In this document: piece by piece, positions 19,568 to 29,386 of the stretch
Numbering within the stretch: position 1 is the stretch's first letter
How the letters are laid out: every line of letters begins with the position of its first letter
DNA from: Bacteroidota bacterium
GTDB lineage: Bacteria > Bacteroidota > Ignavibacteria > Kryptoniales > JAKASW01
DNA: 64,000 nt
Assembly: GCA_021825585.1 (NCBI GenBank)
Contig: JAKAGT010000005.1
Span: 31,265-95,264 of the forward strand
Direction of reading: 5' to 3'
Translations under genes and position numbers: made by a program
Notes under the pieces: generated by a model
What the model saw: the letters and a program-made list of their open reading frames with translations, nothing else
Database searches by the model: none
What the model was told of the DNA's origin: nothing

Positions 19568-20390
19568 TCTCTTCGATGATTTTGCTGAGTTCTTTGCTTC
19601 GAACCGTCGCAGTAGACACGGCATTTATCAGCATTGTTCTCAAGCCGTGGGTTTCCAATTCGTGTACGGCCGCTATCGCTGTCCCGCCCGGAGTCGTTAC
19701 TTCATCCTTCAGGATTGCCGGATGTTTCCCGGTTTCTATGACAAGCTTGGATGCACCGAACACAGTCTGAGCCGCAAGGCGGAATGCAATCTGTCTCGGT
19801 ATTCCCATCTTCACACCGCCGTCTGTCATCGCTTCGATTACCATGTAGATATAAGCAGGCCCGCTGCCGCTCAGGCCGGTCACCGCATCCAGCAGACTCT
19901 CCGGCACAACTTCCACGGTCCCGACAGACTTGAAGATCGTATGTGCGATTTTTAAATGTTCATCGTTGGCAAAATTTCCCTTGCTTATCGCAGTGGCACC
20001 AGCATCGACAAGTACGGGCGTATTCGGCATTGATCGTATGACCGGACAAGACACTTCCAGGAACGAGTTTATGAACGACGTCCTTATACCGGCCATAACA
20101 CTTATGATCAGATGAGACGGACTGACGACCTCCTTGATGTCATTTAAGACCTCTTTCGCATTCATGGGCTTCACGGCGAGAATGAGTATCTGTGATGACC
20201 TGGCCACTTTCTTGTTGTCCGTGGTTACGTGCACGCCGAAAGTCTTGGTTAGTTCTTCAAGATTTTCGCTGTTCTTTCTGGACGCAAATATGTTTTTCGG
20301 TGATGTCAGTTTTGCTCGCAAGAGCCCGCCGATAACGGCATTTCCAATATGACCTGCCCCTATCACACCAATCGTCTTGTCATGTAGCAT
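19557..20390 (-). CDS. proC: Pyrroline-5-carboxylate reductase
   Basis: GAGHIG, RSMPNTP, TGLSGSGPAY, VTTPGGT. Start trimmed to ATG 20390. Confidence 0.96.
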   Translation of the reverse strand: MLHDKTIGVIGAGHIGNAVIGGLLRAKLTSPKNIFASRKNSENLEELTKTFGVHVTTDNKKVARSSQILILAVKPMNAKEVLNDIKEVVSPSHLIISVMAGIRTSFINSFLEVSCPVIRSMPNTPVLVDAGATAISKGNFANDEHLKIAHTIFKSVGTVEVVPESLLDAVTGLSGSGPAYIYMVIEAMTDGGVKMGIPRQIAFRLAAQTVFGASKLVIETGKHPAILKDEVTTPGGTAIAAVHELETHGLRTMLINAVSTATVRSKELSKIIEENDN

Positions 20391-20391
20391 T

Positions 20392-20979
20392 CTAAAGCTT
20401 TCCTTTCGTTGACTGGACACCGCTAATGCGCGGGTTCAATGAGACGGCCTCACGTAATGCCAGTGCAAAGGACTTGAAGATCGCCTCGCTCCTGTGATGA
20501 TTGTTCTTGCCATATAACAGCTCGACGTGAACGTTCGCTTTCAGATTTTCCGAAACGGACCTGAAAAAATGTTCTATCATCTCGGTGGAGAGGTCATTAA
20601 CCTTTGCTCGGGAAAACTCGGCGCTGAAAACGCAATAGCTCCTGCCTGACAGGTCGATCGCGCATCGGGCTAATGCCTCATCCATTGGAGCGAAAGCCAA
20701 ACCGTAACGATTGATGCCGGATTTGTCTCCCAGGGCCTTGTCAATGCACTTACCCATTACGATGGCAACGTCTTCAACTGTGTGGTGGTCATCGACATCC
20801 AGGTCGCCTTTTGCCTTTAGCCTAAGGTCAATGAGGCTGTGTTTGGAAAAAAGTTCCACCATGTGGTCGAGGAATCTGATTCCCGTGGAAACCTCGTACT
20901 TGCCTGCTCCATCAAGATTTACCGAGCAGGAAATATGGGTCTCTTTGGTTTCGCGGTTGAGGTCTGCTTTTCTAATCAC
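20392..20979 (-). CDS. hisB: Imidazoleglycerol-phosphate dehydratase (monofunctional)
   Basis: RETKET, FLDHM, DDHHTVED, PMDEAL, NNHHRSEAIFK. Confidence 0.97.
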   Translation of the reverse strand: MIRKADLNRETKETHISCSVNLDGAGKYEVSTGIRFLDHMVELFSKHSLIDLRLKAKGDLDVDDHHTVEDVAIVMGKCIDKALGDKSGINRYGLAFAPMDEALARCAIDLSGRSYCVFSAEFSRAKVNDLSTEMIEHFFRSVSENLKANVHVELLYGKNNHHRSEAIFKSFALALREAVSLNPRISGVQSTKGKL

Positions 20980-21136
20980 TTTTTTCTATCAAAATGCCGA
21001 TTTCTATTCAAAAATGCAATATTTTTGGACGGGGATGGAAGAGTATATTTTGCCAAAAAGAGGGAGCTAATCAAAGAGATCACCAGGCAGCCGTCCCGCA
21101 CGACATCAATACCAAAATGGTGGTCTCGATGCCGGG

Positions 21137-21174
21137 AAGAAATCAAAGGCCCGCTCATTTTCATGAAACGGGCC
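21137..21174 (-). terminator. Intrinsic terminator after clpB
   Basis: Minus strand GGCCCGTTTCAT-GAAA-ATGAGCGGGCC followed by TTTGATTTCTT, 21 nt after the clpB stop. Confidence 0.75.
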
Positions 21175-21195
21175 CCTGGAGAGATATGTGAATGG

Positions 21196-23838
21196 TTACT
21201 TAGCTACTTCACCTTTGAGGTATGATTTGGTGAACTCTATCAGACCGGATTCAGGTATATCGACCTCAACGTTATCTCCCGGTTCGAATTCACCTGCAAG
21301 GATTTTTTCTGCAAGCGGATTCGAAATGAACTTCTGTATGGTTCTCTTCAGCGGCCGGGCGCCGTATGTCGGGTCGTAGCCTGCATCTGCAAGGAAAAGC
21401 TTAGCCCTGTCGCTGATGTCAAGCGCGATGTTATTGTTGTCCCTGATTCTTGTCACAATGTTTTTCAGCTGAAGCTCCACGATGCTTTGAATTTCCTTTC
21501 GAGTCAGGGGCTTGAATACGATTATCTCGTCTATCCGGTTCAGAAACTCCGGTTTGATCGTCTCCTTCAGCAAATTGAACAGTTCAGACCGCAGGTCCTC
21601 CATCATTTCCGCACGGTTGCGCTCGCTCGTCGTTTCTATCTTCTTCTGCACCAGTTGAGAGCCAAGGTTCGACGTCATGATTATTATCGTGTTTTTGAAA
21701 TTGACAGTTCGGCCTTTGCTGTCGGTCAATCTTCCTTCGTCCAGAACCTGTAGCAGCACATTGAACACTTCCGGGTGAGCTTTTTCAATCTCGTCCAGCA
21801 GAACGACGGAATACGGTTTTCGTCGCACCGCCTCAGTAAGCTGTCCACCCTCCTCGTATCCTACGTAGCCGGGGGGAGCTCCCATCAGCCTGGAGACCGA
21901 GAATTTCTCGGTATACTCCGACATGTCGATGCGCACCATCGCCTCTTCATCATCGAACAGAGTAGCCGCCAGTGAGCGGGCAAGTTCAGTCTTGCCGACA
22001 CCGGTCGAGCCTATGAATATGAAGGAGCCGATAGGTCTTTTCTCATCCTGGAGTCCCGCCCTGGCGCGCCGAACTGCGTTCGCCACGGCCGATACCGCTT
22101 CCTCCTGGTCAACCATTCGCTCGTGTATCTTTTCTTCTATGTGAAGTAATTTGCTTCTTTCGCTCTCCAGCATTCTCGTAACCGGTATCCCCGTCCAGCG
22201 TGATACAATTTCGGCAATTTCTTCCGATTCGACTTCCTCTTTCAGCATTTTGCTCGTCTTCTGCACTTCGGCAAGACGCGCCGTCAGTTCCTTCATCTTC
22301 TTTTCAAGCGTGCTGATTCGTCCGTATCGGATCTCGGCAACCTTTCCCAGGTCGCCCTCGCGCTCGGCCTTGTCGGCTTCCAGCTTCAACCGCTCGATGT
22401 CTTCTTTTGACTTCTGTATCGACTGGATCAGGTCCTTCTCGATTTGCCAGTGTGCCCTCAGCTTTGCGCTGTGCTCGCGAAGATCTGCGAGCTCGTGTTC
22501 CACAATTGAGAGGCGCTTCTGAGATTCTCCGTCCTTTTCACGCCGAATGGCTTCCTTTTCTATTTCCAGCTGTTTTATTTTCCTCTCGACCTCATCGAGT
22601 TCCTCCGGCAACGAATCCATCTCAATCCTCAACTTCGAGGCTGCTTCATCGATCAGGTCAATGGCCTTATCGGGAAGGAATCTGTCGGTAATGTATCTGT
22701 TGCTGAGTTGGGCCGCAGCAACGATTGCACCGTCCGTAATCCGCACGCCATGATGTACTTCATACCTCTCCTTCAAACCGCGAAGGATGGAAATAGTATC
22801 TTCGACCGTCGGTTCATCGATCATGATCGGTTGGAACCTTCGCTCGAGCGCAGGATCCTTTTCGATGTACTTTCGGTATTCGTTCACCGTCGTAGCGCCG
22901 ATCGCTCTCAATTCTCCGCGGGCAAGTGCGGGTTTCAGCATGTTCGACGCGTCGACCGAACCCTGCGCGGCCCCGGCGCCTACCAGGGTGTGGAGCTCGT
23001 CCATGAACAGGATTATTTCTCCATCCGACCCGACTACTTCTTTGATAATCGATTTCAGCCTGTCTTCAAACTGTCCGCGGTATGAGGTCCCCGCGACCAG
23101 ACCTCCCATGTCCAGCTCCACGATCCTCTTCGATTTAAGTCCGTCAGGAACATCTCCGCTGGCGATTCTTCTGGCAATTCCCTCTACGACTGCCGTCTTG
23201 CCCACTCCCGGGTCTCCAATAAGGACCGGATTATTCTTTGTTCGTCTCGCAAGGACCTGGAGTACGCGTCTTATTTCATCGTCCCGGCCGATCACGGGAT
23301 CGAGCTTTCCCTTCCTTGCAAGATCAGTCAGGTCCCTTCCGAATTTTTGCAGGGACTGATATTTCTCCTCCGGATTCTGGTCGACCACACGCTGTGAGCC
23401 TCTGATTTCCTTGAGTGCTTTCAAAACGAGATCACGGGTGATCCCTTGAGATGAAAAAATCCTGTACGAATCGGTATTCCTGTCGGAAATCAGGGCGACA
23501 AACAGGTGCTCCGTGCTGACGAACTCATCCCGCATCGCGGCGGCCTCTTTCTCGGCCATATCCAGTATCTTGGCAAGCGGTTGAGACAGATAGCTGTTGA
23601 CGGATACGCCTCCCGATAGTTTGGGGAACTTCTTTACGGCCTCTTCAGCCTTTGTGCGAACGTATTCTAAGTTGGCCCCTGCCTTCTTGATTATGGAAGC
23701 GGGAACCCCCTCTTCGTCATGCAAGAGTGCCAACAGAAGATGTTCGGGCTCAATCGCCTGGTTCAAATGTTCCGAAGCGATTGACTGTGCACTTTCCAGC
23801 GCCTCTTGAGATTTTATCGTTAGTTTGTTTAGGTTCAT
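21196..23838 (-). CDS. clpB: Chaperone/disaggregase ClpB
   Basis: Two AAA+ modules ([16 protein letters not shown]) and a long coiled-coil M domain; no IGF loop. Confidence 0.98.
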   Translation of the reverse strand: MNLNKLTIKSQEALESAQSIASEHLNQAIEPEHLLLALLHDEEGVPASIIKKAGANLEYVRTKAEEAVKKFPKLSGGVSVNSYLSQPLAKILDMAEKEAAAMRDEFVSTEHLFVALISDRNTDSYRIFSSQGITRDLVLKALKEIRGSQRVVDQNPEEKYQSLQKFGRDLTDLARKGKLDPVIGRDDEIRRVLQVLARRTKNNPVLIGDPGVGKTAVVEGIARRIASGDVPDGLKSKRIVELDMGGLVAGTSYRGQFEDRLKSIIKEVVGSDGEIILFMDELHTLVGAGAAQGSVDASNMLKPALARGELRAIGATTVNEYRKYIEKDPALERRFQPIMIDEPTVEDTISILRGLKERYEVHHGVRITDGAIVAAAQLSNRYITDRFLPDKAIDLIDEAASKLRIEMDSLPEELDEVERKIKQLEIEKEAIRREKDGESQKRLSIVEHELADLREHSAKLRAHWQIEKDLIQSIQKSKEDIERLKLEADKAEREGDLGKVAEIRYGRISTLEKKMKELTARLAEVQKTSKMLKEEVESEEIAEIVSRWTGIPVTRMLESERSKLLHIEEKIHERMVDQEEAVSAVANAVRRARAGLQDEKRPIGSFIFIGSTGVGKTELARSLAATLFDDEEAMVRIDMSEYTEKFSVSRLMGAPPGYVGYEEGGQLTEAVRRKPYSVVLLDEIEKAHPEVFNVLLQVLDEGRLTDSKGRTVNFKNTIIIMTSNLGSQLVQKKIETTSERNRAEMMEDLRSELFNLLKETIKPEFLNRIDEIIVFKPLTRKEIQSIVELQLKNIVTRIRDNNNIALDISDRAKLFLADAGYDPTYGARPLKRTIQKFISNPLAEKILAGEFEPGDNVEVDIPESGLIEFTKSYLKGEVAK

Positions 23839-23907
23839 TTTGTTAATCCTCTCCGTTCAAAGGACTTCCCAAAGCTGCATTTCCTTTTGAACACAATACA
23901 ACAAGTA

Positions 23908-23939
23908 CGGTCGTCCGACAGGCCCTGTCCGGACGACCG
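23908..23939 (-). terminator. Strong hairpin between dnaK and clpB (terminator/attenuator or stabiliser)
   Basis: CGGTCGTCC-GACAGG/CCTGTC-GGACGACCG; T-rich tail on the minus strand (TACTTGTTGTATTGTGTT). Confidence 0.55.
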
Positions 23940-23950
23940 CATCATCCTAT

Positions 23951-25870
23951 CTACTTCTTATCTTTATCATCTATTATTTCGTAGTCTGCGTTCTCAGCAG
24001 TGCCTTTGGACTCGCTCTGGCCTTGTTGTGCGCCTGCGGTCTGTGGCTCGCCCTGCGCCGACGATTGCGCCTGCTGCTGATACATGTATGTGGCGGCTTC
24101 GGCCCAAACTTTGTTCAGGGCTTCGATTTGGGACTTCAATTCCGCAATCGGTGCCGTCTTTGCCGATGATTCGAGCTTCTGGATGGCATCTTCGAGAGGT
24201 TTCTTTTTTTCGGCGGGTATCTTATCGCCGAAATCCTGAAGTTGTTTCCTGCTCTGGAAAACCAGGTTGTCTGCCTGGTTCCTGGTCTCTACTTCTTCGC
24301 GCCGCGACTTGTCTTCTGCCGCATGCTCTTCGGCGACCTTCTTCATGCGCTCGATCTCCTCCCGGCTTAAACCGCTCGACGAGGTAATCCGTATACTCTG
24401 CTCCTTAGATGTTGCCTTGTCTTTGGCGGACACATGCAGGATACCGTTTGCGTCGATGTCAAACGTAACTTCGATTTGAGGTATGCCTCTCGGAGCCGGC
24501 GGGAGACCATCTAATATGAATCTTCCGAGGGTGCGATTGTCCAGTGCCATTGGGCGTTCACCCTGAAGCACATGGATCTCAACCGATGTCTGGTTGTCAG
24601 CTGCCGTCGAGAAGATTTCGCTCTTACGGGTCGGGATGGTCGTGTTTGCCGGAATAAGTGCTGTCATTACTCCTCCAAGTGTCTCAATGCCGAGCGACAA
24701 CGGGGTTACATCGAGCAGCAATACATCCTTGATATCGCCGGTTAATACCGCGCCCTGTATGCTTGCGCCTACCGCGACCACCTCATCAGGATTTACTCCT
24801 CTGTGAGGCTCTCTGTTGAAATAACTCTTAACGACCTCCTGAACCTTCGGCATTCTTGTCATGCCGCCGACGAGAATCACTTCGTCGATTTCCGCCGGTG
24901 TCAGCTTCGCATCCTCCAGGGCTTTCCGCACCGGCAAAACAGTCCGCTGTACCAGGTCGTCTACAAGCTGCTCAAGTTTTGCCCGCGTTAGAACGAGGTT
25001 GAGATGCTTTGGTCCATCGGCGGTAGCTGTAATGAAGGGCAGATTCACTTCTGTCTGAAGCTGTGAAGAAAGCTCCATCTTCGCCTTCTCGGCCGCTTCC
25101 TTGAGCCTTTGAAGTGCCATCGGATCTTTTCTCAGATCGATACTTTCTGTTCTTCTGAACTCATCGGCGATAAAGTCCATTATCTTCATGTCGAAGTCGT
25201 CACCCCCGAGATGGGTGTCGCCATTGGTCGACTTGACTTCAAACACACCTTCCCCGAGCTCCAGGATTGAAATATCAAAGGTTCCGCCACCAAGGTCGTA
25301 AACCGCCACCTTCAAATTCCTGTTCTTCTTGTCGAGCCCATATGCAAGAGCCGCGGCAGTCGGTTCGTTAATTATTCTCCGGACGTTCAGACCAGCAATC
25401 TCTCCTGCCTCCTTGGTCGCCTGGCGCTGAGCATCGTTGAAGTACGCAGGGACCGTCACAACTGCCTCGGTGATTTTCTCACCAAGATAATCCTCGGCAG
25501 TCTGCTTCATCTTCTGCAGAATCATTGCGCTGATTTCGGGCGGAGAATATTGCCTCCCCCCCAACTCAACGCGCGCCGAATCGTTCGGTCCGCGGACTAC
25601 TTTGTATGGAACACGCGACATTTCTTCGGTGACTTCATTGTAGAAACGGCCCATGAATCTCTTAATAGATGAGACCGTGTTTGTCGGATTTGTTATCGCC
25701 TGGCGCTTTGCCGGCGCTCCGACAAGCCATTCGCCCGTCTTCGATTGTGCTACTACCGATGGAGTGGTTCGCGCTCCTTCAGAATTCGCTATGACAGTCG
25801 GCGTGTTCCCTTCCATCACTGCCACGCAAGAATTTGTGGTACCTAGATCAATTCCAATAATTTTTCCCAT
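23951..25870 (-). CDS. dnaK: Hsp70 chaperone DnaK
   Basis: [38 protein letters not shown]. Confidence 0.99.
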   Translation of the reverse strand: MGKIIGIDLGTTNSCVAVMEGNTPTVIANSEGARTTPSVVAQSKTGEWLVGAPAKRQAITNPTNTVSSIKRFMGRFYNEVTEEMSRVPYKVVRGPNDSARVELGGRQYSPPEISAMILQKMKQTAEDYLGEKITEAVVTVPAYFNDAQRQATKEAGEIAGLNVRRIINEPTAAALAYGLDKKNRNLKVAVYDLGGGTFDISILELGEGVFEVKSTNGDTHLGGDDFDMKIMDFIADEFRRTESIDLRKDPMALQRLKEAAEKAKMELSSQLQTEVNLPFITATADGPKHLNLVLTRAKLEQLVDDLVQRTVLPVRKALEDAKLTPAEIDEVILVGGMTRMPKVQEVVKSYFNREPHRGVNPDEVVAVGASIQGAVLTGDIKDVLLLDVTPLSLGIETLGGVMTALIPANTTIPTRKSEIFSTAADNQTSVEIHVLQGERPMALDNRTLGRFILDGLPPAPRGIPQIEVTFDIDANGILHVSAKDKATSKEQSIRITSSSGLSREEIERMKKVAEEHAAEDKSRREEVETRNQADNLVFQSRKQLQDFGDKIPAEKKKPLEDAIQKLESSAKTAPIAELKSQIEALNKVWAEAATYMYQQQAQSSAQGEPQTAGAQQGQSESKGTAENADYEIIDDKDKK

Positions 25871-25922
25871 TTCACATCTCTCCTTTGCTTGGATAATTTC
25901 TTCTCATTACTTTCCTGAAGCC

Positions 25923-25938
25923 TGCAATCGCTATGCCG
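25923..25938 (-). promoter_or_regulatory. Sigma54 (-24/-12) promoter upstream of dnaK
   Basis: CGGCATAGCGATTGCA = GG-N10-GC, matching YGGCAY-N5-TTGCW; predicted TSS about 25912, about 42 nt before ATG. Confidence 0.7.
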
Positions 25939-26029
25939 CGTCACAAAGCGATCTGAAGCGCAATTTTCGCTGGCTTGGATGAATTCCCATTCTCTCGCGT
26001 TGCCAATTAGCTACAAATCCTTGCCATAT

Positions 26030-26052
26030 TGACAATGCCGACAGTATTGTCA
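26030..26052. promoter_or_regulatory. Inverted repeat, candidate upstream activator site
   Basis: TGACAAT-N9-ATTGTCA about 130 bp upstream of the predicted dnaK TSS. Confidence 0.55.
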
Positions 26053-26514
26053 CAAACAGTCGCCTGACACTCCGCTGAAAGGAGATATTCGCCAATTGCC
26101 CTGGACGCAGCAAACCGAATCCCATTCCGGGTTATGTTTGCCTGGTTCAAAGCCTGACCCCGAGTGAAGTGTTGACTGATTGCTGTGGTTCACTAATCTA
26201 ATTCATTTGCGACCCGATGTCTTACAGCTATGATGCTGGATCGGCCGCACGTCATTCTTTTATCCAGGCGGCGAATGTGTTGACTGATGAATTGGAACTG
26301 CCTTTGGAAAACTCTGTATCATTTGACAGTGCATGATGTTTGAATATCTGCTTGCCGGATAAGTTCGTATGTTTGCAGAGGACATAAATACATTCACTGC
26401 CGACTTGCGGCTTTCCGAAAGGAATATAGCTCTATTCCGGAGTGTCGTGGTCCAGATTGACCTTGCGAGCCTTTATGGAGGCAAGGAATAATCTCCATTT
26501 CACCTAATTCTAAA

Positions 26515-26543
26515 TTGAATTTTCTCCTTATCGGGTTTATATT
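26515..26543 (+). promoter_or_regulatory. Putative sigma70 promoter for lutABC
   Basis: TTGAAT-N17-TATATT ending 11 nt before ATG 26555; no SD. Confidence 0.55.
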
Positions 26544-26554
26544 TTTCAAATAAA

Positions 26555-27346
26555 ATGCGCGTTTTTCTATTTGTCCCTTGTTTCGTCGATCAGCTTTTTC
26601 CCAACGTTGCGGTGAGCACGTTGAGGGTGCTTCGACATCTTGGCTGCGAGGTAGCGTTCCCCAGTAATCAAACTTGCTGCGGCCAGCCGGCTTATAATTC
26701 AGGTTACTTCGATGAGGCGCGGTTGATGGCGATGCATCAGATAAATGCTTTCATGCCCGACGGTCCTGCCAGCACTCATCATTCAACGATACACGGGAAG
26801 GCAGGTAGTGAATTCGATCTCAAGCAAGATTATGTCGTGGGGCCTTCGGGTTCATGCATAGCAATGATGCGGAATTTCTATCCGGGACTCCTTCAGGCCG
26901 ATCAGCGGTACAGTCAGGTCGCAGCAGAGTTTGCAACCCGGATTTTTGAATTCACAGAGTTTATCAATAATGTCGTGGGGGTCGAAAAATTCACGGGTAA
27001 GTTGAATGCGGTCGTCTCTTTCCACGATTCGTGCCACGGCCTGAGAGAACTTGGAATCAAACAGGGGCCGCGAAATATTCTCCGGAGAATCAACGGGCTG
27101 AAGCTGATAGAGCTCCCATACAATGAGGTCTGCTGCGGATTCGGTGGGACATTTGCGGTAAAGTTCCCGGAAATATCGGTGGCAATGGCAGACGAGAAAC
27201 TGAAAAACTTCGATCAAACGAAGGCAGATATCCTGGTGTCCACAGATACAAGTTGCTTGATGCATCTCCATGGCCGGGCAAAACGGAAAGGGTTCAACCA
27301 GCGATTTGCACATATCGCCGAAATAATGGCGGAGAGCATATCCTAA
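26555..27346 (+). CDS. lutA: Lactate utilisation protein A (CCG-domain Fe-S protein)
   Basis: FVPCFVD, QTCCGQPAYNSG, PSGSC, HDSCH, CCGFGGTFAVK, DTSCLMHL. Confidence 0.93.
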   Translation: MRVFLFVPCFVDQLFPNVAVSTLRVLRHLGCEVAFPSNQTCCGQPAYNSGYFDEARLMAMHQINAFMPDGPASTHHSTIHGKAGSEFDLKQDYVVGPSGSCIAMMRNFYPGLLQADQRYSQVAAEFATRIFEFTEFINNVVGVEKFTGKLNAVVSFHDSCHGLRELGIKQGPRNILRRINGLKLIELPYNEVCCGFGGTFAVKFPEISVAMADEKLKNFDQTKADILVSTDTSCLMHLHGRAKRKGFNQRFAHIAEIMAESIS

Positions 27347-28725
27347 TGGAAATAGAAGCGAAACATTTCAAAGAGCTTTACAAGAAACAAATCGTAAAAG
27401 ACCGCCTTCGCTCTAATCTGAGCAAGGCCACGCTTCAGGCTGTCGACAGTCGCGAGGAGTCCTTCAAGGAAGTCGACTTCCAGTTTCTCAGGGCCCAGGC
27501 AAAGATGATAAGGGAGGAATCCGTTTCTCACCTGAACGAGTTGTTATCCGAATTTGAAGATCAGGCGCGGAAGAACGGATGCAATATCTTTTATGCGCAG
27601 ACGCCCGAAAAGGCACGTGCCTATGTCCTTGACGTTGCGGTTAGAAACAACGTGAAGCTCATCGTCAAGTCGAAATCTATGGTAACGGAGGAAATCGAAC
27701 TCGTCCCGTTCCTTTCGGAAAAAGGGATCGAGACCGTCGAGACTGATCTTGGAGAGTACATCGTCCAACTGGCAAAAGAGAAGCCTTCGCATATCACAAC
27801 CCCGGCTATACATAAGTCGCGGACCGAAATTGCGGAGCTTTTTCACGAGAAGATCGGGACCGAGATGAACGATGACCCGAAGTTTCTCACTGCCGAGGCG
27901 AGAAGAGTTCTCAGGGAGAAGTTTCTTGCCGCCGACATGGGAATTTCAGGTGCCAATTTCCTGATCGCCGAAACCGGCGATGCGGTCATAGTGGAAAACG
28001 AGGGCAATGCCAGATTGTCCACTTCATCGACTAATGTTCATGTCGTGGTGACCGGGATAGAGAAAGTCATCCCTAAATTCTCGGATTTGCGAATTTTCAT
28101 GAGAGTGCTCGGGCGAAGCAGCACCGGCCAGAAGTTGACAAGTTATGTCTCTGTTCTCCGAGGACCGAGGACAGAGGAAGAAAAAGACGGACCTCGTGAG
28201 GTGCACATTGTGCTTCTCGACAATGGCCGAAGCAGTCTGCTCGGGACCGATCATCAGGAAGTACTCAACTGTATACGGTGCGGTGCGTGTCTCAATGTGT
28301 GCCCGGTCTACCGGAACATCGGGGGCCACGCCTACGGTTCTGTGTATCCAGGTCCCATAGGTTCGCTGGTAACGCCGATGTATTTTGGCGAAAAAAATGC
28401 GCCCGACCTTCCTTTTGCCTCTTCCCTTTGCGGCAACTGCAGTGAGGTTTGCCCGGTCGGAATCGAGATTCATCATCAGCTCCTGTCGCTCCGGCACGAA
28501 ATTGTGGCGGCCAGGAAATCCAGAATTGAGAGATTTCTGTTCAAGAACTACAGAAAGACAATGCTGAGGCCAGGCCGTTATCAGATGATCGGAAGGTTCG
28601 CGCGCGCCCTTTCCAAATTCTCCGTTGTCAGACGGATAATGAAACCGTGGACGGATTACCGGGATATTCCCGAGTTTCCTTCTCAATCTTTCAGGGAGAT
28701 TTATAAATCCGGGAAACTCAACTGA
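27346..28725 (+). CDS. lutB: Lactate utilisation protein B (LUD domain plus 4Fe-4S)
   Basis: KSKSMVTEE, ETDLGEYIVQL, PSHITTPA, NEGNARL, CIRCGACLNVCP, CGNCSEVCP. Start at ATG 27346 overlapping the lutA stop. Confidence 0.95.
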   Translation: MEIEAKHFKELYKKQIVKDRLRSNLSKATLQAVDSREESFKEVDFQFLRAQAKMIREESVSHLNELLSEFEDQARKNGCNIFYAQTPEKARAYVLDVAVRNNVKLIVKSKSMVTEEIELVPFLSEKGIETVETDLGEYIVQLAKEKPSHITTPAIHKSRTEIAELFHEKIGTEMNDDPKFLTAEARRVLREKFLAADMGISGANFLIAETGDAVIVENEGNARLSTSSTNVHVVVTGIEKVIPKFSDLRIFMRVLGRSSTGQKLTSYVSVLRGPRTEEEKDGPREVHIVLLDNGRSSLLGTDHQEVLNCIRCGACLNVCPVYRNIGGHAYGSVYPGPIGSLVTPMYFGEKNAPDLPFASSLCGNCSEVCPVGIEIHHQLLSLRHEIVAARKSRIERFLFKNYRKTMLRPGRYQMIGRFARALSKFSVVRRIMKPWTDYRDIPEFPSQSFREIYKSGKLN

Positions 28726-29378
28726 TGGAAGACGACAGAGAGAAGATCTTCGGCTCAATCAGGCGTGGTCTGAGACAGGCAGAGCAGACCGATGCTGCGA
28801 GAGAAAACCGGTCTCCGCTGAAGGAGCCGCTATCCGCAGATTTTCAGATTCGCTTCGAGAAATTCAATTCCGAGCTCGTAAAATTGGGTGGAGAGGCATA
28901 CGTTCTCGACGACTTCAAGGGTATCTCTGACTTTTTATTGAGACACATAACTGATGATGCCGGTGTTTTTATATACGATGAGGTTAGTGGAATATACGAT
29001 TCTGCCCTTTCCGAACTCAGGAGTTCAAGGACCTACAAGCTGTCCACCGACTTCGAGAATGATTATGACAAGCGCGACGTCGCGCAGTTCGGTTCCGCGA
29101 TACTCCCCTGTGCCGCATGCATAGCGGAAACCGGAACGATCGTGCTTAGGAACAGCATGCGCCTCCCTGCTGCGCTCGCGACAAGACTGTTTGTTATCAC
29201 GGAGCCGGTCAGGCTGATGGCATCACTCGACGGGTTGTTCACCGACAGCTTCCGCGATGCAGGGGGAAGCAATCTCTTTCTTGTTACCGGCCCCAGCCGG
29301 ACCGCCGATATCGAAAAGGAATTGGTGACAGGTGTTCATGGACCTAAGGAAGTCTATGTAATTTTTCACAAGGAGTAA
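28725..29378 (+). CDS. lutC: Lactate utilisation protein C (LUD domain)
   Basis: IAETGTIVL, VTGPSRTADIEKELVTGVHGP. Confidence 0.92.
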   Translation: MEDDREKIFGSIRRGLRQAEQTDAARENRSPLKEPLSADFQIRFEKFNSELVKLGGEAYVLDDFKGISDFLLRHITDDAGVFIYDEVSGIYDSALSELRSSRTYKLSTDFENDYDKRDVAQFGSAILPCAACIAETGTIVLRNSMRLPAALATRLFVITEPVRLMASLDGLFTDSFRDAGGSNLFLVTGPSRTADIEKELVTGVHGPKEVYVIFHKE

Positions 29379-29386
29379 GGGGGCTG

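Noticed and set aside
20976-21164. 62-aa ORF with RHRDHH upstream of hisB as a His attenuator leader
   Set aside because: It starts inside the clpB terminator, is too long, has no tandem His run and no terminator/antiterminator before hisB.
26030-26052. CIRCE element
   Set aside because: The N9 spacing matches but the arms (TGACAAT) do not match TTAGCACTC; kept only as an unknown palindrome.
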